A DNA stretch of 64,000 bases from Octopus sinensis (Eukaryota), in contig NC_043019.1 in the NCBI RefSeq assembly GCF_006345805.1, positions 25,171,360 to 25,235,359 of the forward strand. The letters run 5' to 3'. The position numbers were made by a program, and so were the translations under genes. Under the pieces are notes generated by a model. That model was not told where the DNA came from. It did not search any database and was given only the letters and a program-made list of their open reading frames with translations. Below, piece after piece: positions 11,267-24,086 of the stretch. Every line of letters starts with the position of its first letter. The stretch's first letter is position 1.

Positions 11267-11301
11267 CTATGTTGGCTAATGCTGCCAGATGTTCCGGGCA
11301 T
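11267..11301 (-). other. Candidate 35-nt exon starting with ATG (MPGTSGSISQH..)
   Basis: Minus strand: GTATTTTATTTCAG|ATGCCC...CAACATAG|GTGAGC. Confidence 0.4.
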
Positions 11302-11583
11302 CTGAAATAAAATACAATTAAAACAGTGCAGCCGCATGTTTTCCGTAGATTTGAACTCAATACTTTGACCTATATCTTGAAAGTCCAATATCGTACTGAC
11401 TCAGCCGTTTCGCGCCTTCTGTCTCACTCACTTTCTGTCTCTCTCATGAGTGTATATAATGTCGATATAGTCTACACGTGTGCTTAAGTCATTTCATCCT
11501 TATTCTACTCAGTTATTTTCAAGTCACTTGGTTCTTCTTCCTCTTGAACTCCAATAATTGGTTGAGGTTTTTTTTTTTTTTTT

Positions 11584-11630
11584 GATCTTTTCATTTTGAA
11601 GGAAAATCTGGCCTTCAAAATGAAAAGATC
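11584..11630. mobile_element. TIR-only mini element (19-bp perfect inverted repeat, 9-bp spacer)
   Basis: GATCTTTTCATTTTGAAGG / CCTTCAAAATGAAAAGATC; resembles the TTCAAAAGGAAAAGATCC ends at 25730 and 26181. Confidence 0.6.
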
Positions 11631-12011
11631 CGAGACATTTTTTTTAAATGTGAACCTCTTAGCAGAAATTGCCGCGTGAATTGTTCTTGGCAGACGGGGA
11701 TGCGAACCGCTGATCCTTCATCTTCGACCTGCAGTCCAACATCATTTCGACTGTAATATCCACAACAATCGTTTCTTGTGTGGGATTAAGCAATAGTATG
11801 CGAGCCAGGGATGGCAAAGTGGCAGAAACGGGTGAGTGTCGGACGAAATGACTTCACATCATTTAACTGTTCTCTTCGTTTTGAGTTCGAATTTCACCCG
11901 AGTCGATAAAACAGTTATCAATCAAGTACATAAATCGATTTAATCGGCGATATCGTTTCTTCCCCAAACGTGTATCCTTACGCCAACGTTAGACATCATC
12001 ATTATATATTA

Positions 12012-12307
12012 CTAGAAGTATCGCCCGGCGTTGCTCGGGTTTGTAAGGGAAATAACTATATAAACATTTTTAGAGAGTTATAACCAAAAAATAGCAAAAA
12101 AATGCATAAAAAATGGGAAAATTTTATGGTAATTTTTTTTTTAAATCGTAGACTCATCGTGGACGCGCGCTAATACCCAGAAGGGCTCGATATGAATCAC
12201 GACTATAAGATACCCGGTTTTGGTTAAACTGCACCGCAAAATGTGGGAGTAGTTAGGAATCTAAATCGTAGGAGACAGACACACAACTTCTCTTTTATAT
12301 ATAAAGA
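12012..12307 (-). mobile_element. Non-autonomous Helitron, complete
   Basis: Minus strand starts TC(TTTATATATAAAA), has subterminal hairpin CCCGAGCAACGCCGGG, ends CTAG, inserted between A and T, no TSD. Confidence 0.9.
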
Positions 12308-12479
12308 TTACTAGAGTTCAAATTCCGCCAGAGTCCAATTTCGTCTTTTATCCCTCTGGAGATCGATAAATTACAGTTCCAGTCAAGTACATGAGGTTGA
12401 TGAGATCAACTGGCTCCCCAACTCCTTCAAAATTACTGGCCCTGTGTCAAAATTAGGAATAATAATAATAATAATGATA

Positions 12480-12519
<40 letters not shown>

Positions 12520-13560
12520 TATTAGTGTTCAAATTTCTACCTTTCAGGATCGATAAAATAAAGTACCAGTCTGGATCGATTTAAGTGCCTAACTCCTTCT
12601 TCCCCTCAATTTTCGGGTCTTGTGTCCATATTAAAAACATATTGCCTTTGTGGAGCAAATGATTGTGGCATTTCATTGTTTTTACATTCTAAGTTCAAAT
12701 CCTGCTTGGGTCGACTTTGTCTTTCATTCTGTTGTTGTCGACAAAATAAAATATTAGTTCAATTCAGGGTAGTTACAGTCGTCTTTACTCACATCCAAAC
12801 TTCGAGGCTATAAGAAATTACAATAGAAACGGTTAGTTACAATGTAAGAAAACTTTATTATTGTATGTGTGTGTGTGTATGTGAGAAAGAGAGAGAGAGT
12901 GTGTGTGTGTGTTCAGTTGATGTCGGTGAATTTGAAAACCTTAATTCTAAAAATACTGACTTAGCCCTCACCACATATTTTAGCTGTAAGGTTTCCTTCT
13001 GTCTGTACTTTGAAAAAATTTAACCCAATTGCAGCCTGTCACACTAACACCATTTTCAGCGTGTGTCATTGATACATAAATGGTATGTCAGAGCTGGACA
13101 GCTTACACACACGCAGACTTCGACTGGCTCATCTTGGATTACACACATACATTATTACTGAAACCTGTTGCACGCACGCACACACACATACACTGGCTGC
13201 CTCTTGGATTATATTAATGAAATCTGTCACACACTCACACATACTTTCTCTCTCTCACACACATTTACACACACACGCACGCACTTGTATTTGCCAGCGG
13301 ATATCTTCATAAGTGGACGAAATCCGGTGCAGTTTTGAAGATTGGAGTGTAATGGGATTTATAAATTATCATATAATAATAATAATGATGATTAATAATA
13401 AACAATAAAAACGGTCAAACACAAAACAGACTACAGTTTATGAACATAAATTAGTTCATCATAACTAACTAATAACAGTGGACCAAATACTGCACTAAAT
13501 TTAGCCATGTTTCCCACCATTATTCTAAATAGCATTTAGGTTAACTCGGAAATAATTTAT

Positions 13561-13800
13561 GAGGTCGCACGATCTGCTAGAAAAAACAGCTAATTTTGAA
13601 CTTACTCCTTGTAAGATAACATTGAGTGAATCTACGAATCTCGAGCTGCTAGAAATCACTACTAAATCTCCCTCAAATCAGGACGTACTGTCTTAAATAA
13701 CACGGTACAGGCCAATATATCTAAATAGATGGGATAACCACGGTTGGGTTAACTTTGATCCATCAAAGTTGGCTTAGGGTTAAAGAACAACAACAGCAAC
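13561..13800 (+). repeat. Ancient interspersed repeat (CTGCTAGAAATAGCAGCCAAATCTCCCTCAAATCA family)
   Basis: Motif recurs degenerately near 6330, 14530, 30090, 37790, 42035, 53240, 56310 and 61725. Confidence 0.7.
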
Positions 13801-14769
13801 ATGAACATCAAAAACGAAGGCAATTTATCCCCAAATGTATGTGTGTGTTTGGGTTATTGTTCATGTTCTTAGCGGTTCGGCAAAAAAGGAGCCCGATAAA
13901 ATAAGTACTAGGCTTACAAAGAATAAGTCCTGGGGTCGATTTGATCGATTAAAGGCGGTGCTCCAGCATGGCCACAGTCACATGACTGAAACAAGTAAAA
14001 GAGTAAAAGAGAGTTCAGTATTAGGTCCCTGTTCCAGCAGATTTAGGGGTCAGTCATGACCTTTGTATCGTTTTGTATCTTCCATTGTTTTTTTTTTTTT
14101 ACTTAATTTAAGATGACATCGTGTTATTTCGCTGCTATTTTTGTCCAGTCGACTGGCCAATTCTATCTTTCTCTGCCACAAAGGCCTGGCTTCGTCGTGT
14201 AAATATTGATGTATAATCGATTTTAAGTGAAGTCTGTGTTTCCGATGATTTATTTTAATTGAATTCCTGTTGATATTTGGACCTCAGAGAAATCAACCGT
14301 TCGTTACGATCCAACGACGTATCCCAGCCCCTCATCGCAAAATTTTATTGGAATAATAACCTTTTCCCCCCTCTATTAATGAGAATCCAAAAATCAGGGT
14401 TTGGTTCCATGTAACCCTTCTTTCTTCGCCTTGGTGTTGGATGAATTAAAAAGGTTTAAAATCATTTTAATTTGTCCCCACGCCCCACCGTTTCAATCTT
14501 TGTCTCTCCCACCTCTCGCCCATGCTAGACCTGCTAGAAATAGTAACTAAATCTCTTGGAAATAACACCCATTTTGTAGTGAGAGTACAGGGAATTCTGT
14601 TTTGGTTTTGAAACCCTGAAACCCAATAAACATTTTAGGATTCAAAAATTGCGCAGAAGGGCGACAAAGGGACAAACGGAAAGTTCACTCACAAGACAGG
14701 GACATGCTCCTTCTTCATCAGTTATCGTTCAATAATCATAATTTTGCGCCTTTAACGATAACACACATA

Positions 14770-15095
14770 CATCATCATCATCATTGTTCGACCGTGGTCG
14801 AGACAATGGAATTTACTGTTACGCCAGACTTCACGGTCCATCATAGCATTACGGAGGTCCTGTTGCTGGATGCCTGTATCCCTGGAGATTACATCAGGGT
14901 AGGAGAGTGTGCGCCCTCTGGTATTGCGAGTAGATGGCTTCCAGAGGAGAAGAGGAGAAATTACTTCTTTTTCAGCTCTACAACAATGTCCAGCAAACTG
15001 GACTCTCCTACCTTTAACAAGAGATGACACAGGTGGTAGTTTCCCATATATTTGCATTTTGGTTGGATGGCGCTTCCACGAGAGATTTTTGTACA
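14770..15095 (-). mobile_element. RTE-like LINE 3' fragment (ORF C-terminus plus (GAT)n tail)
   Basis: NLSWKRHPTKMQIYGKLPPVS..RRVQFAGHCCR..LLLWKP..RGRTLSYPDVISRDTG..MMDREVWR. Confidence 0.85.
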
Positions 15096-16799
15096 CTTTC
15101 TGCCTTCTAGATTCCATAAAGTATTGTTTGACTTCCTCTACCCCCATTGGATAATGTAGTCTTAAATATTCCATTCCTGAGAAGAAAAAAGTATGCGATG
15201 GTCACTCTGGAAAGCCTTTGATCATAGTTCTGCTGTGCCGGGTGGTGGTTGTTGTTGTTAAGCAACAAGATGGGTAAGGGTGATTAGGTGATGGTCTAGG
15301 GCTTAGGGGGCGAGAGACCCAAGACCTTGGAAAAAAAAAAAAAAACTTTGGTCGTCTTGACGCCCGACACCACTGGGAGGTGGCCCTCGAAGTCGCTGGA
15401 AATGGAGATCTCCAGGTCCAAATTCTTGAACGGCTGTGGCGGGTGGTGGTATTCTGGCATTAAACAGTAGCACCCCTTCACAACCCTTAACTCTCTCTCA
15501 TGGAATTTTGACCCCTTTTCCATCTAAAATTGTGATGTTTTCTTTCAGTTCATCATCTTCGTTTGTTAGACAACAAAACCTGTCAAAATCTGAGGCTAAC
15601 AATTGATCGTAAATCGCAAGTTATTGTACCTTTCTCAGCCTGTCATGGCTTACCAGCGTTAATTGATTAGGTGAATGACTAAACGTTATGTTTGGAATGC
15701 TATACTACAAATCACCTGACGAGTTGGGGTTGTGAATCATTCTATCCTTTGGCGAGGCAATGAAAAAAAAAAAAAAAAGGATGTAAGCGTTTCTTAAGCT
15801 CCAGGAGGGGATTCATTTTAAGGCCTAGTGTTTAGCTGCGGTCTCATTTTATTTATTTATTTTATTTTTACTTGCTGGGTCTGGATGAAGGAGCAGCGCC
15901 ATGCGCATTAGTTAGTCCTTTGAGATCCGTGATCAGAATGCTGTTTATCATCATCACCATCATCATCGTCGTCGTCATCATTTAACGTCTGTTTTCCATG
16001 CTGGCATGGGTTGGACGGTTCGACAGGAACTGGCAGGCTGGAGGGCTGCATCAGATTCCAATCGTCTGTTTTGTCATGATTTTTACGTGTGGACGCCCTT
16101 CCTAGGAATAATACCAACTACTTTACAGAGCGTACTACTGGGTGCTTTGAATGTGACGCTGGCACGGATATTCTTTACGTGGCGCTAGCACAGGTGCATT
16201 TTAAAGTGTTGCAGATCATCCCTTGTAGGAAAATCCTGAACAGGGAGTAGATTCCAGTGGGGCCAATGTTTTGAGGGGTAAAAAAAACTGAAAATAATGG
16301 CTAGTGCATTCTTTGTAAGCCTCGTCATTTCCATGTATTGTACAAGTGCAGCACATTGACGACGCTACAACAAAAGTCTTTCTGATTAAGCTTTAGTTCT
16401 CCAGCGACATGGTGATGGTGGTGGTGGTGGGGTGCTTTGTAAGACTACATGACTCAATACTTCATTTCTTTCTAAGAGTGTTTGAACTCGGGATTGAATT
16501 TGCTTGTTGTGCCTTCAGGGATCAATGATTGAACCAGAATAGCTTAGATTTAAGGTTTCCATTGGTTATGGTTGACTGTGTATCTGCACATGTCTTCTGC
16601 AGCCCAGGGCAAGTTTATTTATTTCTTCGAAGATTGGCCCTTGTCCATGCATGTGACTCTTCCCCACCTCCGTATCACCAATGTTTATCCTTGGGAAAAG
16701 TTGCCAAATTGACCTGGTGTTGTAGGATACCAGTGTCACTATAGGGGTGGGCCCCTTAGAACTCAATGATACCTGTGACAGTTCTATCAATCTGCTGCC

Positions 16800-17372
16800 C
16801 TGGTTCAAATTCTGTTGAGGTCAACTTTGCCTTTCATCCCTCTGGAGTTGATAAAGCATAGCATCAGTGAAGTACTGGGGGTAGTCAATGCAGCTGACTA
16901 CCCCCTGCTTCTCTGCCGTGTACCAAAATTCGAAACTATTCTTATTACTAGGTTGGTGAGTTTGAATCTTTAACATGCTGGACAAAATTCTTGGTGGTAT
17001 TTCTTCTGACTTTCCATTCTGAGTTCAAATTCCACTGAGGTTGACTTGGCCTTTCATAAGTACCAGGTGGACCCTGGAGTTAGTGTAATTCACTGACCCC
17101 ACCTCCCCTAAAATTTCAGGCCTTGTGCCTATAGTAGAAAAAAATTGTTATCAAGGTAGTAATCTGGCAGAATCATAAGAGCATAGCAGACAAAATGCTC
17201 AGCAGCACTTTGTCCATCTTTACATTCTGAGTTCAAATTCCGCTGAGGTCGGCTTTGCCTTTCATCCTTTCGGGGGTCAATGAAATAAGTACCAGTTAAG
17301 TACTGGGGTCAATGTAATTAACTTACTCCCTCCCTTAAAACTGCTGGCCATGTGCCAAAATTTGAAACCATT
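16800..17372 (+). mobile_element. Three tandem old family B SINE copies
   Basis: Repeated GAGTTCAAATTC..GAGGT..ACTTTGCCTTTCAT..AAGTACCAG blocks. Confidence 0.75.
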
Positions 17373-18455
17373 TTTCTTATTACTATTATTATCATCATTA
17401 TTATTATTATTATTTTTATTTAAATGGTTAAATGTCTAAATCTAAATCAATGAATTATTATTGTTAATATTGCTGGAATGTGTCTCTCTCTCTGTTGTAG
17501 ATGTTGTTCTGGTTGTTGTGGTTGTTGTCATTAATTATTGATGGACTGTCTGTTCCAGCTGTTAACCTCATCTTTTATACAAACCACAAAACACAAGGTT
17601 AACATTCCAAACAATTCAAAGATGTTAATATTCCATTATTGTATTCTTTGAATTGTTTTTCGTTCCTGCTTCATAATCCTAGATGGGCTTTTTACTGTGT
17701 TGGGGGAAGGGAGGAGAAGTTTTTATACAGTGGTGGTGGTGGTGGCTGTGATGGTATACCTACATTGTCACTATTCTCATTGGAAAAAGCCACCAATTAT
17801 CTCTTCTGGCTGCAGATTTGCCAGATTAATCTTTTTTTTTTGTGTGTTTTCCTTTTTTTTTTTTTATACAAAAGTAGCATAAAATTTTCAAAAAGTTGCA
17901 AATTGTGTTAGAAAGACCACTATGAAAATTTTACTTCGTAAATTATATATATATATTTACATGTGTATGTATGTATGTGTGCATGTATGTATATGTGTAT
18001 GTGTGTGTATATATATGTGTATATGCATCCAGCTGTAGAAACTTTGCCAGATCAGAATGGAGCCTGGTGCAGTGTTCTGGCCTGCCAGCCCTCATTCAAA
18101 CTGTCCAACCCATGCCAACATGGAAAGTGGACGTTAAACGACAATGATGATGATAATGATGACATGCACACGCACACGCACATGGAGCATGCTGGGCAAA
18201 ATACTTAGCAGCATTTTGTCCATCTGCATGTTCTGAGTTCAAATCCCGCCCAGGTCAACTTTGCCTTTTATCCTTTCAGGGGTCGACAATCTTGCAGACC
18301 TGTGATCAAAGACCTAGCTGTGGTTATACTATTGTTTTTGTCATCCTTCTTAACACCACCACCCTCGGTCAACCGGGCCTTCTTAACATCGTACGCCCCT
18401 GGGCAAATCAATGTACTGAGGCCTTATGGTAGTTACTTATTCACAGTAAGCCACA

Positions 18456-18700
18456 GTAGAGGCATGTGGCTCAGTGGTTAGGGTGTTGGACTCGTGATCA
18501 TAAGATTATGGTTTCAATTCCTGGACCGGGCAACGTGTTGTATTCTTGAGCAAAACATTTCATTTTACATTGCCCCAGTCCACTCAGCTGGCAAAAAGGA
18601 GTGACCCTGCAATTGACCAGCGTCCTGTGCTGGTGGGGAATTTACGCCCCTTGAAACTGAGAAATTGGCCCTTATGAGTCTGTATGACTCAAGAAGATAA
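18456..18700 (+). mobile_element. SINE family D (tRNA head, V-domain-like)
   Basis: TGGCTCAGTGG A box, GGTTTCAATTCC B box, TTCTTGAGCAAAAC, CCTGCAATTGACCAGCGTCC..GAAACTG. Confidence 0.75.
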
Positions 18701-19002
18701 TATTGCCCTTTTTTATGCTTTAGTAAGCCATAGCATATATAGATGAAAATTGGGCCCGTAGACCTTTAAGGGCTCTCAGGCAAAAGAATTCAAGGTAATT
18801 TGTTTTGTTAGGGGTATCATTTCAGAAGACCCCATGGACCCCAGTTTGCTGATGACAGCTTTAGATGTTCCTTCTGTGGGTTTAAAGAATATAATAGAGC
18901 TTAACAATTATCTTGGGAATGGTGATTGAAATTGAAACCAAGAAAGAACTGTGAAGGAGGCCAATGAAACAGTTTCAGTGCCATTTAGCTAAATTTTCTC
19001 CT

Positions 19003-19522
19003 TTACTCTTTTACTCTTTTACTTGTTTCAGTCATTTGACTGCGGCCATGCTGGAGCACTGCCTTTAATCGAGCAACTCGACCCCGGGACTTATTCTTTT
19101 GTAAGCCCAGTACTTATTCTATTGGTCTCTTTTGCCAAACCGCTAAGTAACGGGGACATAAACACACCGGCATCGGTTGTCAAGCAATGCTAGGGGGACA
19201 AACACAGACACACAAACACACACACATATATACATATATACGACAGGCTTCTTTCAGTTTCCGTCTACCAAATCCACTCACAAGGCATTGGTCGGCCCGG
19301 AGCTATAGCAGAAGACATTTGCCCAAGATGCCACGCATATATATATAGATACATATAAACGACGGGCTTCTTTCAGTTTCCGTCTACCAAATCCACTCAC
19401 AAGGCTTTGGTCGGCCCGAGGCTATAGTAGAAGACACTTGCTCAAGATGCCACGCAGTGGGACTGAACCTGGAACCATGTGGTTGGTAACCAAGCTACTT
19501 ACCACATAGCCACTCCTGCGCC
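19003..19522 (-). mobile_element. SINE family A, full length with internal duplication
   Basis: Segment GACAGGCTTCTTTCAG...GATGCCACGCA present twice (~19240-19337 and ~19360-19456). Confidence 0.9.
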
Positions 19523-20315
19523 TTTGGAGAGCATGAAGAATAACATTTAGGTACACAGTGAAAACACCAGAGTTCTTCTTTTAAACCTCGTTCTCTCTGT
19601 CTCTTGCTTTCTTGGGAACAATGCTAGAACTGGATTATTCTTTGAAAATGGAATTTCTTCTCTGCTTTGTCTTTTGCCATTGTTTTCTGTTTTCCTTTTT
19701 CCCTTTTTCATTTATGTTTCGGTAACTCACATTCTGTACCTGTTTCTATGGTAACAAACTAAAGCACCAAAGCCATCTTCCTTTGACATTAACAGAAGAT
19801 TTCACCAAATGTTGCATGAAGTATAAGAAGATTCCACTTTACCTTTACCTTGAAAGAATATCTAAAGAATTTACCATATTTCTGTATGGTTCTGTCAAGC
19901 AAGGATTTTTGTATATCAAATATGGAGCTTAGTTAGAAAAATGTGATGCTCTCACCCCTGTTCAACCCTGTATACATAGGAGGAGTAAAATTTGTTCAGG
20001 GGTTGCAAACCTGAGTTCAAAATGTTTTTACAAGAAAGGTTTGGAAAAAATTTGTAAAATTTTATAGGGTGCACTTGCACTATCTACACTCCTTGTTCCT
20101 GGGTGTATAGTCACACCACCACCACCACCACCACCACCACCAAAAGGAAAGAAATAAGCTGTATTTCCAAATATTTAGGTCCAAAGTCTTCTACAATATT
20201 CTCCAGTCATAATTAAATTGAAAAGTGAAGCTTTTTCAGAAACTGTTTACGTGGGGTGTGGGGTTAAGGTTTTATGTAGAAAAACCTTCATTACATGATT
20301 GTAGGGACATGAGTA

Positions 20316-20527
20316 AGAGGGGGTGCTGAAAAGTCCCTGGTTTTGAGTGAAAGAAAATACAGGAGGATCAGTTAATTATGATTTTATTTAAAATACTCTC
20401 CTCTCAGATTCACAAGCTTATTGTAGAGGTCCTTCAATTTTTCTAAGCCCTGTAAAAGAAGTTGGAAGGTTGGACCACCAGACCTTTCGCGATATCCTTA
20501 AAACCAGGAATTTGTCTGCATGCACTT
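20316..20527. mobile_element. Mariner-type MITE
   Basis: GAGGGGGTGCTGAAAAGTCCCTGG terminus, shared body with 1839-2368. Confidence 0.75.
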
Positions 20528-20536
20528 GTGTATGTA

Positions 20537-20613
<77 letters not shown>

Positions 20614-20644
20614 ATATATATATACATACATATATATATACATA

Positions 20645-21040
20645 GGCGCAGGAGTGACTGTGTGGTAAGTAGCTTGTTTACCAACCACATGGTTCCGGGT
20701 TCAGTCCCACTGCGTGACACCTTGGGCAGATGTCTTCTACTATAGCCTCGGGCCGACCAAACGCTTGTGAGTGGATTTGGTAGACAGAAACTGAAAGAAG
20801 CCCGTCGTATATAATTATATATATATATATGCGTGCGTGTGTTTGTGTGTCTGTCCCCCTAGCATTGCTTGACAACCGATGCTGGTGTGTTTGTGTCCCT
20901 GTTACTTAGCAGTTCGGCAAAAGATACCGATAGAATAAGTACTGGGCTTACAAAAGAATAAGCCCCGGGGTCGAGTTGCTCGATTAAAAGGCGGTGCTCC
21001 AGCATGGCCGCAGTCAAATGACTGAAACAAGTAAAAGAGA
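20645..21040 (+). mobile_element. SINE family A, full length
   Basis: GGCGCAGGAGTG head through GTAAAAGAG tail. Confidence 0.92.
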
Positions 21041-21095
21041 GTATACATACATATATATACATAAATATATATACATACATATATATACATATATA

Positions 21096-21297
21096 GGGGG
21101 GGGGTTGCTAAAAAATTCCTGGCTTTGGGTAAAAGAAAACACAGAAGCATCATTTAATTATGATTTTATCCAACACATTCTCCTCTCAGAAGTGGTCCTT
21201 CAACTTTTCTAAGCCTTGTAAAAGAAGTTGGAAGGTTGGGACTCCAATGAGGCCTTTCATGAAACCCTTAAAGCCAGGAATTTTACAGCATCCCCTT
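21096..21297. mobile_element. Mariner-type MITE
   Basis: Same TIRs and body as 20316-20527. Confidence 0.75.
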
Positions 21298-21669
21298 GTT
21301 AAAATTTGGTGTAACCACACATACACATGCTCATATACATATATACAAAAATGTGTATAAATGTTTTACATACATACACATGACCACAGCTGCATCAATA
21401 CATACATTCATCTGTCTAGACAGTCATTATTGCATTTATACATTTGTATTGTCATCTTTTCAATTCCCCACCACCACCACACACGATTTGATGTAATTGT
21501 ATATCTACACACATACACATATCCATACATGCATTGACACCAACATAACTATTTTTCTGTTTTTTTTTCACCCTATATTATTGTCTATGCAAGTGGGGTG
21601 GTTGGTACCTGTTGGAGAAATTCCTACCTGGCCACAGCTCAACCATGAAATAGGGAGGGTAATACTTAC

Positions 21670-21708
21670 CTGGAATTTTTAGTTGTTGTTTCTTGTTATT
21701 CAAGCAAA
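21670..21708 (-). other. Candidate 39-nt micro-exon
   Basis: Minus strand: TTGTCTTCTTGCTCCAG|TTTGCTTG...AATTCCAG|GTAAGTATT; consensus donor; open only in phase 1 (CLNNKKQQLKIP). Confidence 0.5.
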
Positions 21709-21747
21709 CTGGAGCAAGAAGACAATAAACAAAATTATGCCTTAGAA

Positions 21748-22238
21748 CAGGGGTGGGGAAAAGTTTTAGTGCTGTGGGCAAAAATTTCCAAAGTAAAAGG
21801 TCTGCGGGCATATCGCAAGTTCTCTTATATCTGTGCAAATCTTGTGTATAACTATGCATAATTCGGTATACATTAATAAAGATAAGTTTAACACAAATTA
21901 ACATATAACATCTTCATTAAGGCCACCTCTGAATTTAGGATGTTTATATTATATATGAGATCTTCCATATTTTCAGCTCGATTGTTGCTGGGTCTCAAGG
22001 GAGTGGTATAAACCTAGCAGTATGTGTTTTATAGTAATCACAAAATTTCCATTCAAATGGCAATTACTGGATGGTTTTGGTTGAGTCTAACCATTTTAAG
22101 TCGCAGTGGAAACACAAAAGGGCATAAGTATATTGTATAAATTTTATAATTGAAAAATTTACTATATTTTGTATATATGAGTGTATAATGGGCCCGTGGG
22201 CACAATTGCGCCCACAGGCAGGGGTTTCCCCACCCCTA
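21748..22238. mobile_element. hAT MITE
   Basis: TIRs CAGGGGTGGGGAAA / TTTCCCCACCCCTA; perfect 8-bp TSD CCTTAGAA (21740-21747, 22239-22246). Confidence 0.9.
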
Positions 22239-22479
22239 CCTTAGAATTGGAACACAATGCTTTTGTCAGATTTGAACATACAAACATGTGGTGTGTACAC
22301 TTTATCACTTTAATGTTTGTCATTGTGGAACATGTATGTACTCATGCATACACACATGTATATAGATATGTGTCTAAATTAGCATATGCTAATTTAGACA
22401 CGCATACACAACCAGCATACATTATATATATATATGCATACATTACATATGTATATTATATAAACATACCTAACGTATA

Positions 22480-23682
22480 CAGAGTATTCAGGCTAAGTTT
22501 GACAATTTGCATAAAAGAAAGAGAGAACACATATCTTACCCCCAAAATAAAAATATTTTGAAGACCTCAAAGAATACCAGCTAGATTCATCATCATCATC
22601 ATCATTTAACGTCCGTTTTCCATGCTAGCATGGGTTGGACGGTTCGACCAGGGTCTGGTAAGCCATGGAGGCTGCACCAGGCTCTAGTCTGATTTGGCAG
22701 TGTTTCTACAGCTGGATACCCTTCCTAACACCAACCACTCCGTGAGTGTAGTGGATGTTTTTTACGTGCCACCGGCACAGGGGGCAGAGCAGGCTGGCAA
22801 ACAGCCATGATCAGTTGCTGCTTTTACGTGTCACCGACACGGACCAGTTGGGCGGCGCTAGTATCTGCCACATTCGGACGGTGCTTTTTGTGTGTCACCG
22901 GTACGGGTGTCTTAACTACAATTTCCATTTGAATTTTTATTTTGATGCTGACGATTATGGCTGGGATATAACTGTTTATCCCAAATAGCCACTCTCAGCT
23001 TCCACCATGGCCTCAAGACAGCTCTGGAACCCAGCGCATGTGTTCCTCACTGTGTCCCTGGGAAGATCTTGGCCAGCAGCTCAGCCTTGGAATTTCAGGC
23101 AGAGGAGCTGGTGTCTTTCTCAGCCATGGCCCACATATAGTAATCAATGGGATTACAATTAGGGGAATCAGGAGTGCAGAAATTGGGGCTGGGGAAGTCA
23201 TAGAAATTTTCCAAAAATCATTTTTTCTGGAAGTATGGCAAGGGACCAAATCCAGCAGCAACCCTCTCCACCCAGGGATTGATTAGTCTCGAGCAGCTTC
23301 ACATAGTTATCTGAACTGAGTCTGAGGCTTTGTTCAAAGATATGAGGACACAGTCAGAACGACTGTTATGTCCCTTTTTCCTGGCTATGGTTTTGTAGTC
23401 TCTGTTGCAGCTGTTCATGTCATGTGTTACAGCATTTCCAGTGTTCACAGAGCATTGGGCAGCAGTCATAATGTCAGCATTTTGACACTTTCACAAATCG
23501 TCATGATACAGGTCACTCTTTCCCAATATTCAAATGGTTTCCAATCCTCCACATCAGCTAACTTTTCCTCAACTACAACTTTAATCCTTATGCTCTCCAA
23601 CACCATTGACTAATCACCAATACATCAAGCTGTTTCTGGAAAAAGGTGACAGAAAATTGTCAAATTTAGCTCAAATGCCCTG
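22480..23682 (-). mobile_element. Decayed Tc1/mariner (maT/DD37D-like) element with family C SINE insertion at ~22588-22950
   Basis: TA-flanked TIRs CAGAGTATTCAGGCTAAGTTTGACAATTT / AAATTGTCAAATTTAGCTCAAATGCCCTG; frameshifted remnants DLVPCHTSRK and PDSPNCNPIDYYMWAMAEKDT. Confidence 0.8.
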
Positions 23683-23714
23683 TATTACATACATAACATA
23701 AATAACAACATCTA

Positions 23715-23933
23715 CAAGAGGGTTGCTGAAAAGTTCTTGGCTTGAAGGGTCTCGCAAAATGCCTGGTTGGAAGCCCAGCCTTCCAAATTCTTTTACAGGG
23801 CTTAGAAAAAACTGAAGGACCATTGCAATAAGTGTGTGAATCTGAGAGGGGAATATGTTGGATATAACCATAATCAACAGATCTTCCTGTATTTTCTTTT
23901 ACCCCCACTCTGGGACTTTTCAGCATCCCCTCA
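23715..23933. mobile_element. Mariner-type MITE (opposite orientation)
   Basis: GAGGGTTGCTGAAAAGTTCTTGG / GGGACTTTTCAGCATCCCCTC. Confidence 0.8.
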
Positions 23934-24086
23934 TATACGTACATTACATAGATATGTACAATCATATATTACATACATATGTCTTTAACTAGTTTCACCT
24001 CAAGGGCTGGAGCTATATTGGGGCACCACCGTTACATACATACATACATGATATGCAATTATACATACATTGCATATATAAAGTCA

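Noticed and set aside
14710-14725. Other isolated CTGATGA/TCATCAG heptamers (also near 18850, 28984, 47210, 54718, 61960)
   Set aside because: No stem II plus GAAA or stem I found around them by eye
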